Shown: piece by piece, positions 1-7,992 of the stretch
Layout of the letters: each line of letters opens with the position of its first letter
How positions within the stretch are numbered: position 1 is the stretch's first letter
NCBI GenBank assembly: GCA_041498975.1
Contig: JBGQJI010000059.1
Location: 1 to 13,894 of the forward strand
DNA length: 13,894 nt
From: Candidatus Methylomirabilis sp.
GTDB lineage: Bacteria > Methylomirabilota > Methylomirabilia > Methylomirabilales > Methylomirabilaceae
Reading direction: 5' to 3'
The notes under the pieces: model-generated
What the model saw: the letters and a program-made list of their open reading frames with translations, nothing else
What the model was told of the DNA's origin: nothing
Database searches by the model: none
Translations under genes and position numbers: made by a program

Positions 1-468
1 CAACGTGATCGCCAAGCGATCCTTCGGCGAGAGCGTTTCCAAGATCCGCCCCGCCAAGTCCCTGGCAGCCAACCGATCATCGCTCTTCCCGCCCGCAGAC
101 AGGTACGCCTTCTCGCGCTCCGCCAGGTCGTCAAGGGCAACCTCGGGGCGGCGGCGGATACTTCGGAGATGGTCGTAGCAGGCGTTGACAGCGATCCGGT
201 GAAGCCAGGGGGCAAACGGCGCCCCCGGCCGGAACCGCCCCACAGCAAGATAAGCTTTGAGAAAGACTTCCTGAACCAGGTCCTCTACATCCTGTCGGCG
301 CCGCAGAAAGCTGCCTACAACGGCAAAGATACGCCGCTCGTGCAGCTTGAGCAGGGCCTCGAAGGCTTGTTGATCCCCTTGCTGCGCCCGCTCGATCAGG
401 CGGGCCTCTCGCTGCGGATCCTCCCGCCCTTCCGCCGCCGACTCCTCGCCTTGCTTCTGGTCATTCAT
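1..468 (-). CDS. ECF (sigma-70 group 4) RNA polymerase sigma factor, 3' end runs off the window
   Basis: Not in the ORF track because it has no stop in the window. Manual translation from ATG at 468: MNDQKQGEESAAEGREDPQREARLIERAQQGDQQAFEALLKLHERRIFAVVGSFLRRRQDVEDLVQEVFLKAYLAVGRFRPGAPFAPWLHRIAVNACYDHLRSIRRR...LETLSPKDRLAITL. Region-2 motifs (DVEDLVQEVFLKAY, WLHRIAVN.CYDHLR) and the start of region 4 are present. Confidence 0.93.
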   Translation of the reverse strand, partial: MNDQKQGEESAAEGREDPQREARLIERAQQGDQQAFEALLKLHERRIFAVVGSFLRRRQDVEDLVQEVFLKAYLAVGRFRPGAPFAPWLHRIAVNACYDHLRSIRRRPEVALDDLAEREKAYLSAGGKSDDRLAARDLAGRILETLSPKDRLAITL

Positions 469-811
469 ACGTCTGGTGATGCCGTTTGGTAACGAGGGTA
501 ATCCCGCCGACATGGGCGCACCGCGCGGCATCTGCGCTCAGCCGGCCGTACAGTTCAGTTGTGGCCGAGAAAGGCGTCAATGAGGAGGGATCTCGGGTAA
601 GGCCTGACGTAAACGTCACTCGCGATGGGCCAAGCCCTCCCGTTCAAACCGGTGCGATCGATGGGCGATCTTCGTTTCGACATGGGGTATGGTGGCAGGC
701 AGGACCTTCCCTGGGTCACAACGCTGAGGCCTATGGAAAGCGGCCACAACCTTCGGCGTCGCTTCGAGGTCATCGGAAGCGCACAGGCGACCCGCCAGAA
801 TGTCATGACCC

Positions 812-897
812 GCTCATGGTTCACAGTTCAGAGTTTACAGTTCACAGAGAAAAGTCGGTGTCATCGGTTAACAGTGTGGACCGTGAACCATGAACCG
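812..897. repeat. Inverted pair of degenerate heptamer arrays (hairpin-forming)
   Basis: Left arm gctcatg-gttcaca-gttcaga-gtttaca-gttcaca (812-846). Right arm tggaccg-tgaacca-tgaaccg (877-897), complementary to the left unit. Abuts the TAG stop (898-900) of the minus-strand aminotransferase. Confidence 0.8.
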
Positions 898-2265
898 CTA
901 CAGCGCTCCTTCGTCCTGCAGAAGGCGTAGTGCACCCTCGAAGGCTCGAACGGTCTGCTCGATGTCTTCGCCTGAGTGCGCAGCGGAGACCCATCCGTGA
1001 TAGAGCGGGAGATCGACACCGTGCAGGAGCAGGGCACACCGGAGCCTATGATACGCCTCCTGGCTCGGGTGCCCCATGAGGAGGCGGTGGTCAAGTTGTG
1101 AGGCCGGTCGGTCGACGGCAAGCCCGTGCCGATGAGGACCGAGGAAGAGGTTCACGATCGAGGACTCGCCGTAGACATAGGCATCCACCCCAAGCCTCTC
1201 GACAACCTCGGCGAACCCGGCCCGCAACGCTTCGCCAGCGCGGTCCGCTTTGGCATGGGCCTGGCCGTCAGCCAGCAGCTCAAGGGTCGCGAGACCGGCG
1301 GCCGCACTGAGGGGATTCGCGTTGAATGTCCCTGCGTGGCCGACCCGTTCTTCTCGGTTCCAGACCGAATCGTCCCTGAATGCCAATTGGTCCATGACCA
1401 CGGCGCCCCCGACCACGGCGCCGCCAGGCAGACCGCCAGCCAGGATCTTGGCCAGGGTGGTGAGGTCGGCATAGACCTCGTACCGCTGCTGCGCGCCCCC
1501 GGGCGCGAAACGGAACCCGGTGATCACCTCATCGAAGATCAGGAGCATCCCGTGTGCCCGGGTGAACTCCCGCAACCGGGCGAGGAAGGCACGGTCGGTC
1601 GGAATCGTCCCGGAGCTGCCTCCTCCTGGCTCCAGGATCACACCGGCGATATCGTCTCTCCCAGATGTGAGGCCGAGAAACGCGTCCCAGTCGTTCGGCG
1701 GGCATATGAGGATCTCGTCGAGCACGCCCTGCGGGACGCCGGCCGAGACTGGTCGGTCGAAGGGCGGGCGGACTGCGACAGCCGCGTAGTCATGCCACCC
1801 ATGAAAATGGCCCTCGAACTTTACGATCTTGTCCTTGCCGGCGGCAGCCCGGGCCAGTCGGATCGCCAACAGCGTTGCTTCAGTCCCCGAGCCGACGAAG
1901 CGGATCCGTTCGGCCCAGGGGACGAGCTTGAGCACCTGTTCGGCCCACCGGATCTCCAGTTCGTGACAGGCTCCGTAGTGGGTCCCCCGTCCGAGCTGGT
2001 GTGCGATGGCTTCTCGGACGGCCGGCTGCCCGTGCCCAAGGAACAGGGCTCCATGCCCGACCCAATAGTCGATCAGCTCGTGGCCATCCACATCCCATTT
2101 TCTGGACCCCTGGGCCCGATCCACGTAGAGTGGGAAGGGTCGGAGATGTCGGATGTCGTGCGTGAGCCCGCCGGCGATCGCTCCCCTGGCCCGACGGAAC
2201 AGGGCCTCCGACCGAGGATGTGCCAGGCGAAATCGCTCCTCGATTGACACCCCCGTCTTCTTCAC
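898..2265 (-). CDS. Class III PLP-dependent aminotransferase, glutamate-1-semialdehyde 2,1-aminomutase-like
   Basis: 455 aa with WDVDG..LIDY, SGTEAT, KFEGHFHGWHD, LLIFDEVITGFR, PLP-lysine motif DLTTLAKILAGGLP and GTFNANPLS. The GTG start overlaps the upstream TGA (GTGA coupling). It has AGGLTHDIR instead of the HemL PGGVNSPVR motif, so it is probably a paralog. Confidence 0.9.
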   Translation of the reverse strand: MKKTGVSIEERFRLAHPRSEALFRRARGAIAGGLTHDIRHLRPFPLYVDRAQGSRKWDVDGHELIDYWVGHGALFLGHGQPAVREAIAHQLGRGTHYGACHELEIRWAEQVLKLVPWAERIRFVGSGTEATLLAIRLARAAAGKDKIVKFEGHFHGWHDYAAVAVRPPFDRPVSAGVPQGVLDEILICPPNDWDAFLGLTSGRDDIAGVILEPGGGSSGTIPTDRAFLARLREFTRAHGMLLIFDEVITGFRFAPGGAQQRYEVYADLTTLAKILAGGLPGGAVVGGAVVMDQLAFRDDSVWNREERVGHAGTFNANPLSAAAGLATLELLADGQAHAKADRAGEALRAGFAEVVERLGVDAYVYGESSIVNLFLGPHRHGLAVDRPASQLDHRLLMGHPSQEAYHRLRCALLLHGVDLPLYHGWVSAAHSGEDIEQTVRAFEGALRLLQDEGAL

Positions 2266-2561
2266 CCGTCCACTCTTCTCGACACAGGACCGAAAAGCCG
2301 CCGCTGCCAGACGATGAGCATCAGCTTACGGCGGAGCGCTGCTTCGCTCAGCCGATATTTGAAGGCCTTCCGACCATTGAGGTACAACACCGGGACCTGC
2401 TCAGCGAATCGAGCATGCAGCAAGGGGTCAGTCCCGACGTCGATCTCCTTGATGGTGAGCGGATACTCCCGGCCAACGCGCCCGAGCACCGATTTCATCT
2501 CGCCGCAGAGGCCGCATTGTTGGCTGGTGTACAGCTCCGCGACGATCGAGTCACCGATCAT
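2262..2561 (-). CDS. Glutaredoxin-like protein (thioredoxin fold, DUF836-like)
   Basis: 99 aa from ATG 2561, preceded by GAGGAAGAAGC. CxxC motif (CGLC), plus IKEIDV and cis-Pro motif QVPVLYLNG. Confidence 0.85.
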   Translation of the reverse strand: MIGDSIVAELYTSQQCGLCGEMKSVLGRVGREYPLTIKEIDVGTDPLLHARFAEQVPVLYLNGRKAFKYRLSEAALRRKLMLIVWQRRLFGPVSRRVDG

Positions 2562-2585
2562 GCTTCTTCCTCGCATTTTCAGGTT

Positions 2586-2614
2586 ACGTTACCATGCCAT
2601 CGTCCGACTGTCAA
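2586..2614 (-). promoter_or_regulatory. Sigma-70-type promoter for the glutaredoxin/aminotransferase operon
   Basis: Minus strand TTGACA (2614-2609), 17-bp spacer ending in TGG (extended -10), TAACGT (2591-2586), 25 bp upstream of the ATG. Confidence 0.65.
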
Positions 2615-2799
2615 CGCGACCTGATCTGCGCGACCCGATCCGCCTCTGAGGTTTGTCCTCTCTACCTGGATGCCGTCTTCAGCGATGATGATGACGCCTG
2701 CCCATCCTCCCGCGGCGAGGCTGCAGAGGCCGATCTTCGGTCCGCACATCGTCGCCTCGAGGTCGAGGACATCGTAACTCATTGAAACATTGGACACTT

Positions 2800-3125
2800 T
2801 CAGCTAACAAATGATTTTTTTCTCAAGCCCAAAAAAGGCTTGACAGTTGATGTAAGGTAAGCTAAAAGAGACTCCTCTCTGGAGGTCAAAGCCTGCAAAT
2901 GCTTATGGGACGCGGTTTTCCACAGCACCACCACTTCTCGATGATGTCCATAATCGGCAGCGAACGCGGTCGGACTGAGACTGGGCGAGGGTCTCAGCCT
3001 TATCCACACCTGTGGATAACTCTGTGGATAATACAAATCACATCTGGCGAGGGTTTTTCAAGGATCGTGCTAAGCTTCTACTGCAAATTCAATAGGTTGG
3101 ATGAGGAGTCCCCCTGTGGATAACA
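2800..3125. other. DnaA-box cluster: probable oriC and/or dnaA autoregulatory region
   Basis: Five matches to TTWTNCACA: TTTTCCACA 2916-2924, TTATCCACA 3000-3008, and TGTGGATAA at 3011-3019, 3023-3031 and 3115-3123. AT-rich tract at about 2797-2870. IHF-like ATTCAATAGGTTG at 3087-3099 (1 mismatch to WATCAANNNNTTR). Flanking genes point away from this site. Confidence 0.8.
2840..2868 (+). promoter_or_regulatory. Candidate dnaA promoter
   Basis: TTGACA 2840-2845, 17-bp spacer, TAAAAG 2863-2868 (imperfect -10), with A/T tracts upstream. Confidence 0.4.
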
Positions 3126-3142
3126 GTGGTGGAGGTGCGAGT

Positions 3143-4501
3143 ATGAGCGGTGTTCAGTCTATCTCCAAGGCACACGAGATCTGGCAGGAGGCTCTCTCGG
3201 CCATCCAGAGCAGGGTTGCGCGCCAGAGCTTCGACAACTGGTTCCGTCCCCTGGCCCTCGAGTCGATTGAAGAGTCGCGAGTCAGCGTGCGGCTCCCGAA
3301 TCGGTTCTTCAAGGAGTGGTTCGAGGACCATTATCTCGGTCTCCTCAAATCGGTGCTCGAGGACCTGATGTTCACCAAGGCGGACGTGATCCTCAGCGTT
3401 CAAGAACAAGAGAGTCAGGTGGAGCCCGACCCGAAACTTGAGGCCGCTACGAGGCGCCCGATCCGCCGACATCGGAACGAAACACCCTTCCTGAACCCGA
3501 AGTATACATTCGAGACCTTCGTCGTTGGCAGCTCGAACCAGTTCGCCCATGCCGGATGTCTGGCCGTGGGGGAGCAGCTCTCTAAGGCGTACAACCCGCT
3601 CTTCATCTACGGCGGCGTGGGGTTGGGGAAAACCCATCTGCTCCACGCGATCGGCCATCTGGTTTTGAGGCGGAACGGTAGGCTCCGGCTCTCCTACGTC
3701 TCTTCCGAAAAGTTCACGAACGACTTGATCAACGCGATCCGATTCGACTCCACCGTAGAGTTCCGCAACCGCTACCGGAGCCTCGACCTCCTCATGATCG
3801 ACGACATTCAGTTCATCGCCGGCAAAGAGCGAACCCAGGAAGAGTTCTTTCACACCTTCAATGACCTGTACGACTCCGCCAAGCAGATCGTGATCTCTTC
3901 CGATAGCCTCCCCCGTGAGATCCCGACGCTTGAGGAGCGGCTCCGCTCCCGGTTCGAGTGGGGTCTGATCGCCGACATCCAGCCGCCCGACCTCGAGACC
4001 AAGGCGGCCATCCTTCGGAAGAAGGCGCAGGCTGAGGCCGTTCGGCTTCCCGATGAAGTCTCGCTCTTCATCGCGAAGAACGTCCAGTCAAATATCAGAG
4101 AGCTGGAAGGCTCGTTGGTTCGCCTCATCGCGTACGCCTCGTTGACGGGCCGGGAAATCACTCTGGAGCTGGCCCAGGAAACTCTGAAAGACCTCAATGC
4201 CGAGCGCGCGAAGGTGATCACCCTTGCGGCTATCCAGCGGGTGGTGGCTGACTTCTTCCGGCTCAAGGTCGAAGACCTGAAGTCCAAAGAGCGGAACCAG
4301 GGAGTCGTGCTGCCGAGACAGGTGGCGATGTACCTGAGCCGCACCATGACCGTCTCATCATTGCCGGCCATCGGCGAGGCCTTTGGAGGAAAAGATCATA
4401 CGACTGTGATCCACGCCTGCGAGAAGATCAAGCGGCGACTTGTGGCCGATGAAGGATTCCGGCGACAGATCGAATCTCTCTCCCAAACGATTGCTTCCTA
4501 A
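3143..4501 (+). CDS. dnaA: Chromosomal replication initiator protein DnaA
   Basis: 452 aa from ATG 3143 with SD GGAGGT at 3131-3136. Contains LNPKYTFETFVVGSSN, YNPLFIYGGVGLGKTHL (Walker A), LLMIDDIQF (Walker B), TQEEFFHTFN, RLRSRFEWGL and domain IV FGGKDHTTVIHA. Confidence 0.99.
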   Translation: MSGVQSISKAHEIWQEALSAIQSRVARQSFDNWFRPLALESIEESRVSVRLPNRFFKEWFEDHYLGLLKSVLEDLMFTKADVILSVQEQESQVEPDPKLEAATRRPIRRHRNETPFLNPKYTFETFVVGSSNQFAHAGCLAVGEQLSKAYNPLFIYGGVGLGKTHLLHAIGHLVLRRNGRLRLSYVSSEKFTNDLINAIRFDSTVEFRNRYRSLDLLMIDDIQFIAGKERTQEEFFHTFNDLYDSAKQIVISSDSLPREIPTLEERLRSRFEWGLIADIQPPDLETKAAILRKKAQAEAVRLPDEVSLFIAKNVQSNIRELEGSLVRLIAYASLTGREITLELAQETLKDLNAERAKVITLAAIQRVVADFFRLKVEDLKSKERNQGVVLPRQVAMYLSRTMTVSSLPAIGEAFGGKDHTTVIHACEKIKRRLVADEGFRRQIESLSQTIAS

Positions 4502-4517
4502 CCAAGGCTGCCGGCTC

Positions 4518-5483
4518 GTGGCCAGCCGCATCCACTGTCTCCAGATCCCTACCCCATTCCCCGTCGGGCCGGTGAACGTCTATCTGATCGAAGGACACGA
4601 GCCCGTCCTCATCGACGCCGGTCCCAACACCCGGGAGGCCTGGGACGGGCTGCTGCAGGGTCTCCAGGGCCTCGGCGCGACGATCGATCAGATCCGCCAC
4701 ATCGTGATCACCCACGGCCATGCGGACCATTACGGCCTCGCCGGCCGCATCGCGGCGGAATCCAGAGCCCTGGTCTGGGTCCATCAGGGTGACCTGGAAA
4801 TGATCCAGGACTACCCCGGGGCCCTGCACGCCTGGCTCGCTTTCCTCCGGAGCTTCCTGCCTGAGACCGGGCTGGAGGACGCCTGGATCGAGCGCGTTTG
4901 CCGGGGAATCGAAAAGCGCCAAGATTGCGCTGCGCCGGTCCGTGCGTCGCACCTTCTGCACGATGGGGAGCGGCTGCAGCTCAACGGAATGGCGCTCACG
5001 GTGATCCATACCCCCGGCCACAGCCCTGGCTCCATCTGCCTGTATAGCGCGGCGGAGCGCCTGCTGTTCGCCGGAGACCATCTTCTCAAGACCATCACAC
5101 CAAACCCCGTTCTGCAGTCGTTTCCGGACTTCTTCGGCGAACGATTTCAGGGTCTCGTCCAGTACTTCGACTCTCTCAAGAAGCTGGAACGGTTTCCGAT
5201 CGCCCGCATTCTTCCCGGGCACGGCGAAGAAATCGCAGATCGCGATACCCGACTTCGCGAGGTCCGCGAGCACTCCGAGCGGCGCAAGGCCCGCTTGCTC
5301 GAGCTTCTCAGGGACGGTGAGTTGACGATCATGCAGGCGAAAGAAGGCCTCTTCCCTGGCCTACCGGATTCTCAGACCCTCCTGGCCATTTTTGACGTGA
5401 TCGGTCACCTCGACCTGCTGCGGCGCGAGGGAGCTGTGGGCGTCGAACGACACGGCGGCCTCCTCTACGCAAGAGCCATCTAG
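4518..5483 (+). CDS. MBL-fold metallo-hydrolase with a probable C-terminal winged-helix extension
   Basis: Motifs IPTPFPVGPVNVYLI, LIDAG, THGHADHYG (HxHxDH), HTPGHSPG, AGDHLL and LPGHG. GTG 4518 chosen as start to avoid overlap with dnaA; start uncertain. Confidence 0.9.
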   Translation: MASRIHCLQIPTPFPVGPVNVYLIEGHEPVLIDAGPNTREAWDGLLQGLQGLGATIDQIRHIVITHGHADHYGLAGRIAAESRALVWVHQGDLEMIQDYPGALHAWLAFLRSFLPETGLEDAWIERVCRGIEKRQDCAAPVRASHLLHDGERLQLNGMALTVIHTPGHSPGSICLYSAAERLLFAGDHLLKTITPNPVLQSFPDFFGERFQGLVQYFDSLKKLERFPIARILPGHGEEIADRDTRLREVREHSERRKARLLELLRDGELTIMQAKEGLFPGLPDSQTLLAIFDVIGHLDLLRREGAVGVERHGGLLYARAI

Positions 5484-5485
5484 AA

Positions 5486-5583
5486 TCGCACCTCGCACTT
5501 CGCCCTTCGCACTTCGCACCTCGCACCCCGCACTTCGCATTCAGTACCATGCACCTCGCACCCCGCACCTGGCACCTCGCACT
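5486..5583. repeat. Degenerate heptamer tandem array, 14 units, consensus TCGCAC(C/T)
   Basis: tcgcacc tcgcact tcgccct tcgcact tcgcacc tcgcacc ccgcact tcgcatt cagtacc atgcacc tcgcacc ccgcacc tggcacc tcgcact. Strict 7-bp phase with no indels. Confidence 0.95.
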
Positions 5584-5630
5584 CGATTTGAACTGTTGCC
5601 CAAACGAGATCGTTCACGTAACATGGAACC

Positions 5631-6623
5631 ATGCTGAGCCTTGTGACAGGTGGGACCGGGTTCGTCGGCGCAGCGGTTGTGCGACTGTTGCTTTCGGACG
5701 GGTATGCCGTCCGGGCCCTGGTAAGAAGGGGTTGCGACCTCCGAAATCTTGACGGGCTTGACATCGAACTGACGCGCGGCGACCTTGGGGACAGGAATTC
5801 GCTGCGACAGGCCCTGAAGGGATGTCGGCGTCTCTTCCATGTCGCCGCCCACTATGCCCTCTGGGCCCCTGACCCAAATGTCTTTTATCGGGTGAATGTT
5901 GACGGGACGAGAAACCTCCTCCAGACAGCCATGGAGGCCGGAGTGGAGCGGGTCGTCTACACCAGCACCGTCGGCGCCCTGGGCTACCGGGAAGACGGGG
6001 GGCCCGCCGACGAAAAAACGCCGGTCACCCTCGACCAGATGATCGGCCACTACAAGCGATCGAAGTTCCTCGCTGAAGAAGAAGCCCGTCAGGCCGCGGC
6101 CAGCGGCCTGCCGGTGGTGATCGTCAACCCGAGCACGCCGGTCGGGCCCCGCGACATCAAGCCGACTCCCACCGGCCAGATCATCGTCGATTTCCTGAAT
6201 CGTCGGATGCCAGCCTACATCGACACCGGCCTGAACCTGATCGACGTGGATGATGTGGCCTGGGGCCACCTACTGGCGGCAGATCGGGGAAAGGTTGGCG
6301 AACGGTACATCCTCGGCCACAGAAACCTGACCTTGAAGCAGATTTTCTCCATCCTGGCAGAGATCACGAAGATCCCGGCGCCGAGAGTCCGGCTGCCGTA
6401 TCGACTGATCCTGCCGCTGGCCTACGCGAACCAATGGCTCTCCAACCGGATCACAAAGAAACCCCCGCGCATCCCCCTTGAGGGGGTGAAGATGGCCAGG
6501 CGGCACATGTTCTTCGACTCCTCCAAAGCGATCCGGGAGTTGGGGTTGCCGCAATCACCGATCGAGCAGGCGCTGGAGCGGGCGGTCACGTGGTTCATCG
6601 AGAACGGGTATGTGAAGAAATAG
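5631..6623 (+). CDS. hpnA: NAD-dependent epimerase/dehydratase, hopanoid-associated sugar epimerase HpnA-like (dihydroflavonol reductase-like)
   Basis: 330 aa extended SDR: VTGGTGFVG, FHVAAHYALW, VYTSTVGALG, catalytic YKRSK. VNPSTPVGPRDIKPTPTGQIIVDFL and MPAYIDTGLN are typical of the HpnA subfamily. Confidence 0.85.
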   Translation: MLSLVTGGTGFVGAAVVRLLLSDGYAVRALVRRGCDLRNLDGLDIELTRGDLGDRNSLRQALKGCRRLFHVAAHYALWAPDPNVFYRVNVDGTRNLLQTAMEAGVERVVYTSTVGALGYREDGGPADEKTPVTLDQMIGHYKRSKFLAEEEARQAAASGLPVVIVNPSTPVGPRDIKPTPTGQIIVDFLNRRMPAYIDTGLNLIDVDDVAWGHLLAADRGKVGERYILGHRNLTLKQIFSILAEITKIPAPRVRLPYRLILPLAYANQWLSNRITKKPPRIPLEGVKMARRHMFFDSSKAIRELGLPQSPIEQALERAVTWFIENGYVKK

Positions 6624-6727
6624 GTTCCGGGTTCGGGGTTCGGGGTTCGGGGTGCCAAGTTACAGGTTCCAGGTTCAAGGTTCAAAGTGCAAGGTTCACA
6701 GGTCGGAGTGCGGGGTGCGAGGTTCTG
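6623..6727. repeat. Degenerate heptamer tandem array, 15 units, consensus RGT(T/G)CNR
   Basis: ggttccg ggttcgg ggttcgg ggttcgg ggtgcca agttaca ggttcca ggttcaa ggttcaa agtgcaa ggttcac aggtcgg agtgcgg ggtgcga ggttctg. The unit GGTGCGA is the reverse complement of the TCGCACC unit of the 5486-5583 array. Confidence 0.95.
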
Positions 6728-6740
6728 GAAAGGAGGGGGT

Positions 6741-7100
6741 GTGATTTTCGACGACTACTTAGGGCTCGAGACGCGGCGAACTGAAATCGGGGCGGAGGTT
6801 CGATTGGAGATCAGAGAGGAGACCCTTAACAGCCGGGGCATCGTTCATGGCGGCGTGATCCTCAGCCTGGTGGACCAGGCGATCGGCGCTGCAGCCAGCT
6901 TTGCGCTAGGACGTGGTCGCCGAGCCGTGACAGCAGAGTTGAAGGTAAACTTCCTGGCCCCGACAACCGGAGGGACCCTGACTGCCAGAGGCCGGCTGCT
7001 CCGGGAGGGCAAGCGCCTCATCGTCGGAGAGGCGGAGGTCATAGACCAGGACGGCCGGATGATCGCGAAAGGTCTTGGGACGTGGGCCGTCGTGGAGTAG
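6741..7100 (+). CDS. PaaI-family (hotdog-fold) thioesterase
   Basis: 119 aa from GTG 6741 with SD AGGAGG at 6731-6736. Motifs NSRGIVHGGVILSLVDQAIG, VTAELKVNFLAP and GKRLIVGEAEV. Confidence 0.9.
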   Translation: MIFDDYLGLETRRTEIGAEVRLEIREETLNSRGIVHGGVILSLVDQAIGAAASFALGRGRRAVTAELKVNFLAPTTGGTLTARGRLLREGKRLIVGEAEVIDQDGRMIAKGLGTWAVVE

Positions 7101-7194
7101 GCGGCTTACAGCCGGTCTCATCCATCCCCAGCCGAATCGACGATGCGGGTATACGTGGCCAGGGGTCGCTTCGCTTCCCTGACGAATTGCGCCG

Positions 7195-7761
7195 TCACGA
7201 GGCGCCGAAGGCTTTCTTGGAGATATCCCACACGGTTTTGCTGAGCTCCTCCAGAGACCGCTGGCTCGTTTGAGCGAAGGCGGTGGCCTGGTGGAGGGCC
7301 TCTTCCCACCGCCTTGCCCCCTCCTCCCAGAAGCGCTGCAGGCTCTGCAAGCGGTCCTCCACCTGCTTCGTCCAACTCTCGAATGCCTTCTGCCCCTCCA
7401 CCTGGTGGGCCAGGAGCCGATGGATCGTCTCGTCCATCCCTTTCCTCCACTGTTCCTGAAGCCTCCCGGCCGCCTCGACAGCCCCCAGGTAGCTCTTCAT
7501 CGCCTCGAGCTGGACCTGCATGGCGGAGACGCCTTCGGTGATGCGGCGGATATCCTCCCCGGTCGGTAGCTGCATGGATCTCAGGCTGGCCTGGATGCCC
7601 CTTTGAATCTGCTCCTGCATGGCCGCCGAGCCCTCGAACGCCTTTCCCAATCCGGCGGTGAAGGCGGGAGCCTTGAGCATCATCTCGAAGCCCTCCCCCA
7701 TCATCTTCTGCCACATGGTGAGCATCTCTCCAAAGGGCATCTGCTGCTTCTCCTCAGCCAT
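7195..7761 (-). CDS. Helical/coiled-coil protein resembling PHA synthase accessory subunits PhaE/PhaR
   Basis: 188 aa with strong SD (GAGGAGG). LRSMQLPTGEDIRRITEGVSAMQVQLE resembles the PhaE/PhaR L..LNLPTR.(D/E) motif, preceded by W..MM...F..M.....F. The family call is by recall. Confidence 0.6.
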   Translation of the reverse strand: MAEEKQQMPFGEMLTMWQKMMGEGFEMMLKAPAFTAGLGKAFEGSAAMQEQIQRGIQASLRSMQLPTGEDIRRITEGVSAMQVQLEAMKSYLGAVEAAGRLQEQWRKGMDETIHRLLAHQVEGQKAFESWTKQVEDRLQSLQRFWEEGARRWEEALHQATAFAQTSQRSLEELSKTVWDISKKAFGAS

Positions 7762-7992
7762 CTCAGTACCCTCCTCTCCTTTCCTCTTCAGCCTGGAAAC
7801 GATTCGCTTGCGATTCGCTACTCGGCGCTTCCGGAGTAGCCGGCCAGAAACACGCGCGTGGTCTGGAAGGTTGACTCCGGTCCATGTTCAAATAATCAGA
7901 ACGCGTCATTCGGCATTCGCGATAAAACCGATCTCTTCTGCCCGACCAGGGGGTCCCCTCTGGATTCGCGAGCTGGCGACTCCCCAGACACA

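Noticed and set aside
169..492. 107-aa plus-strand ORF
   Set aside because: Antisense shadow of the ECF sigma factor on the minus strand.
486..930. ORFs 486-893 (+), 555-824 (-) and 625-930 (+)
   Set aside because: No recognisable motifs; mutually overlapping and running into the heptamer repeats.
1126..2247. 373-aa plus-strand ORF
   Set aside because: Antisense shadow of the aminotransferase, common in GC-rich DNA.
898..2265. Calling the aminotransferase hemL
   Set aside because: It lacks the PGGVNSPVR signature of true HemL and there are no hem genes nearby, so the symbol is withheld.
2579..2797. 72-aa minus ORF as rpmH or another small gene upstream of dnaA
   Set aside because: Not basic, lacks the MKRT(F/Y)QP L34 motif and runs through the 2586-2614 promoter.
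3101..3142. Longer dnaA start at 3101; likewise 4440 for the MBL gene and 6687 for the thioesterase
   Set aside because: Downstream starts have better SD sequences or avoid overlap with a DnaA box, dnaA or a repeat array.
3089..5273. Long minus-strand ORFs (3089-3853, 3850-4371, 4428-5273)
   Set aside because: Antisense to dnaA and the MBL hydrolase.
5486..6727. Heptamer arrays as CRISPR arrays or coding repeats (ORFs 5329-5568, 5480-5764, 6422-6685, 6590-6784)
   Set aside because: Contiguous 7-bp units with no spacers and no cas genes; the peptides are low-complexity artefacts of the repeat.
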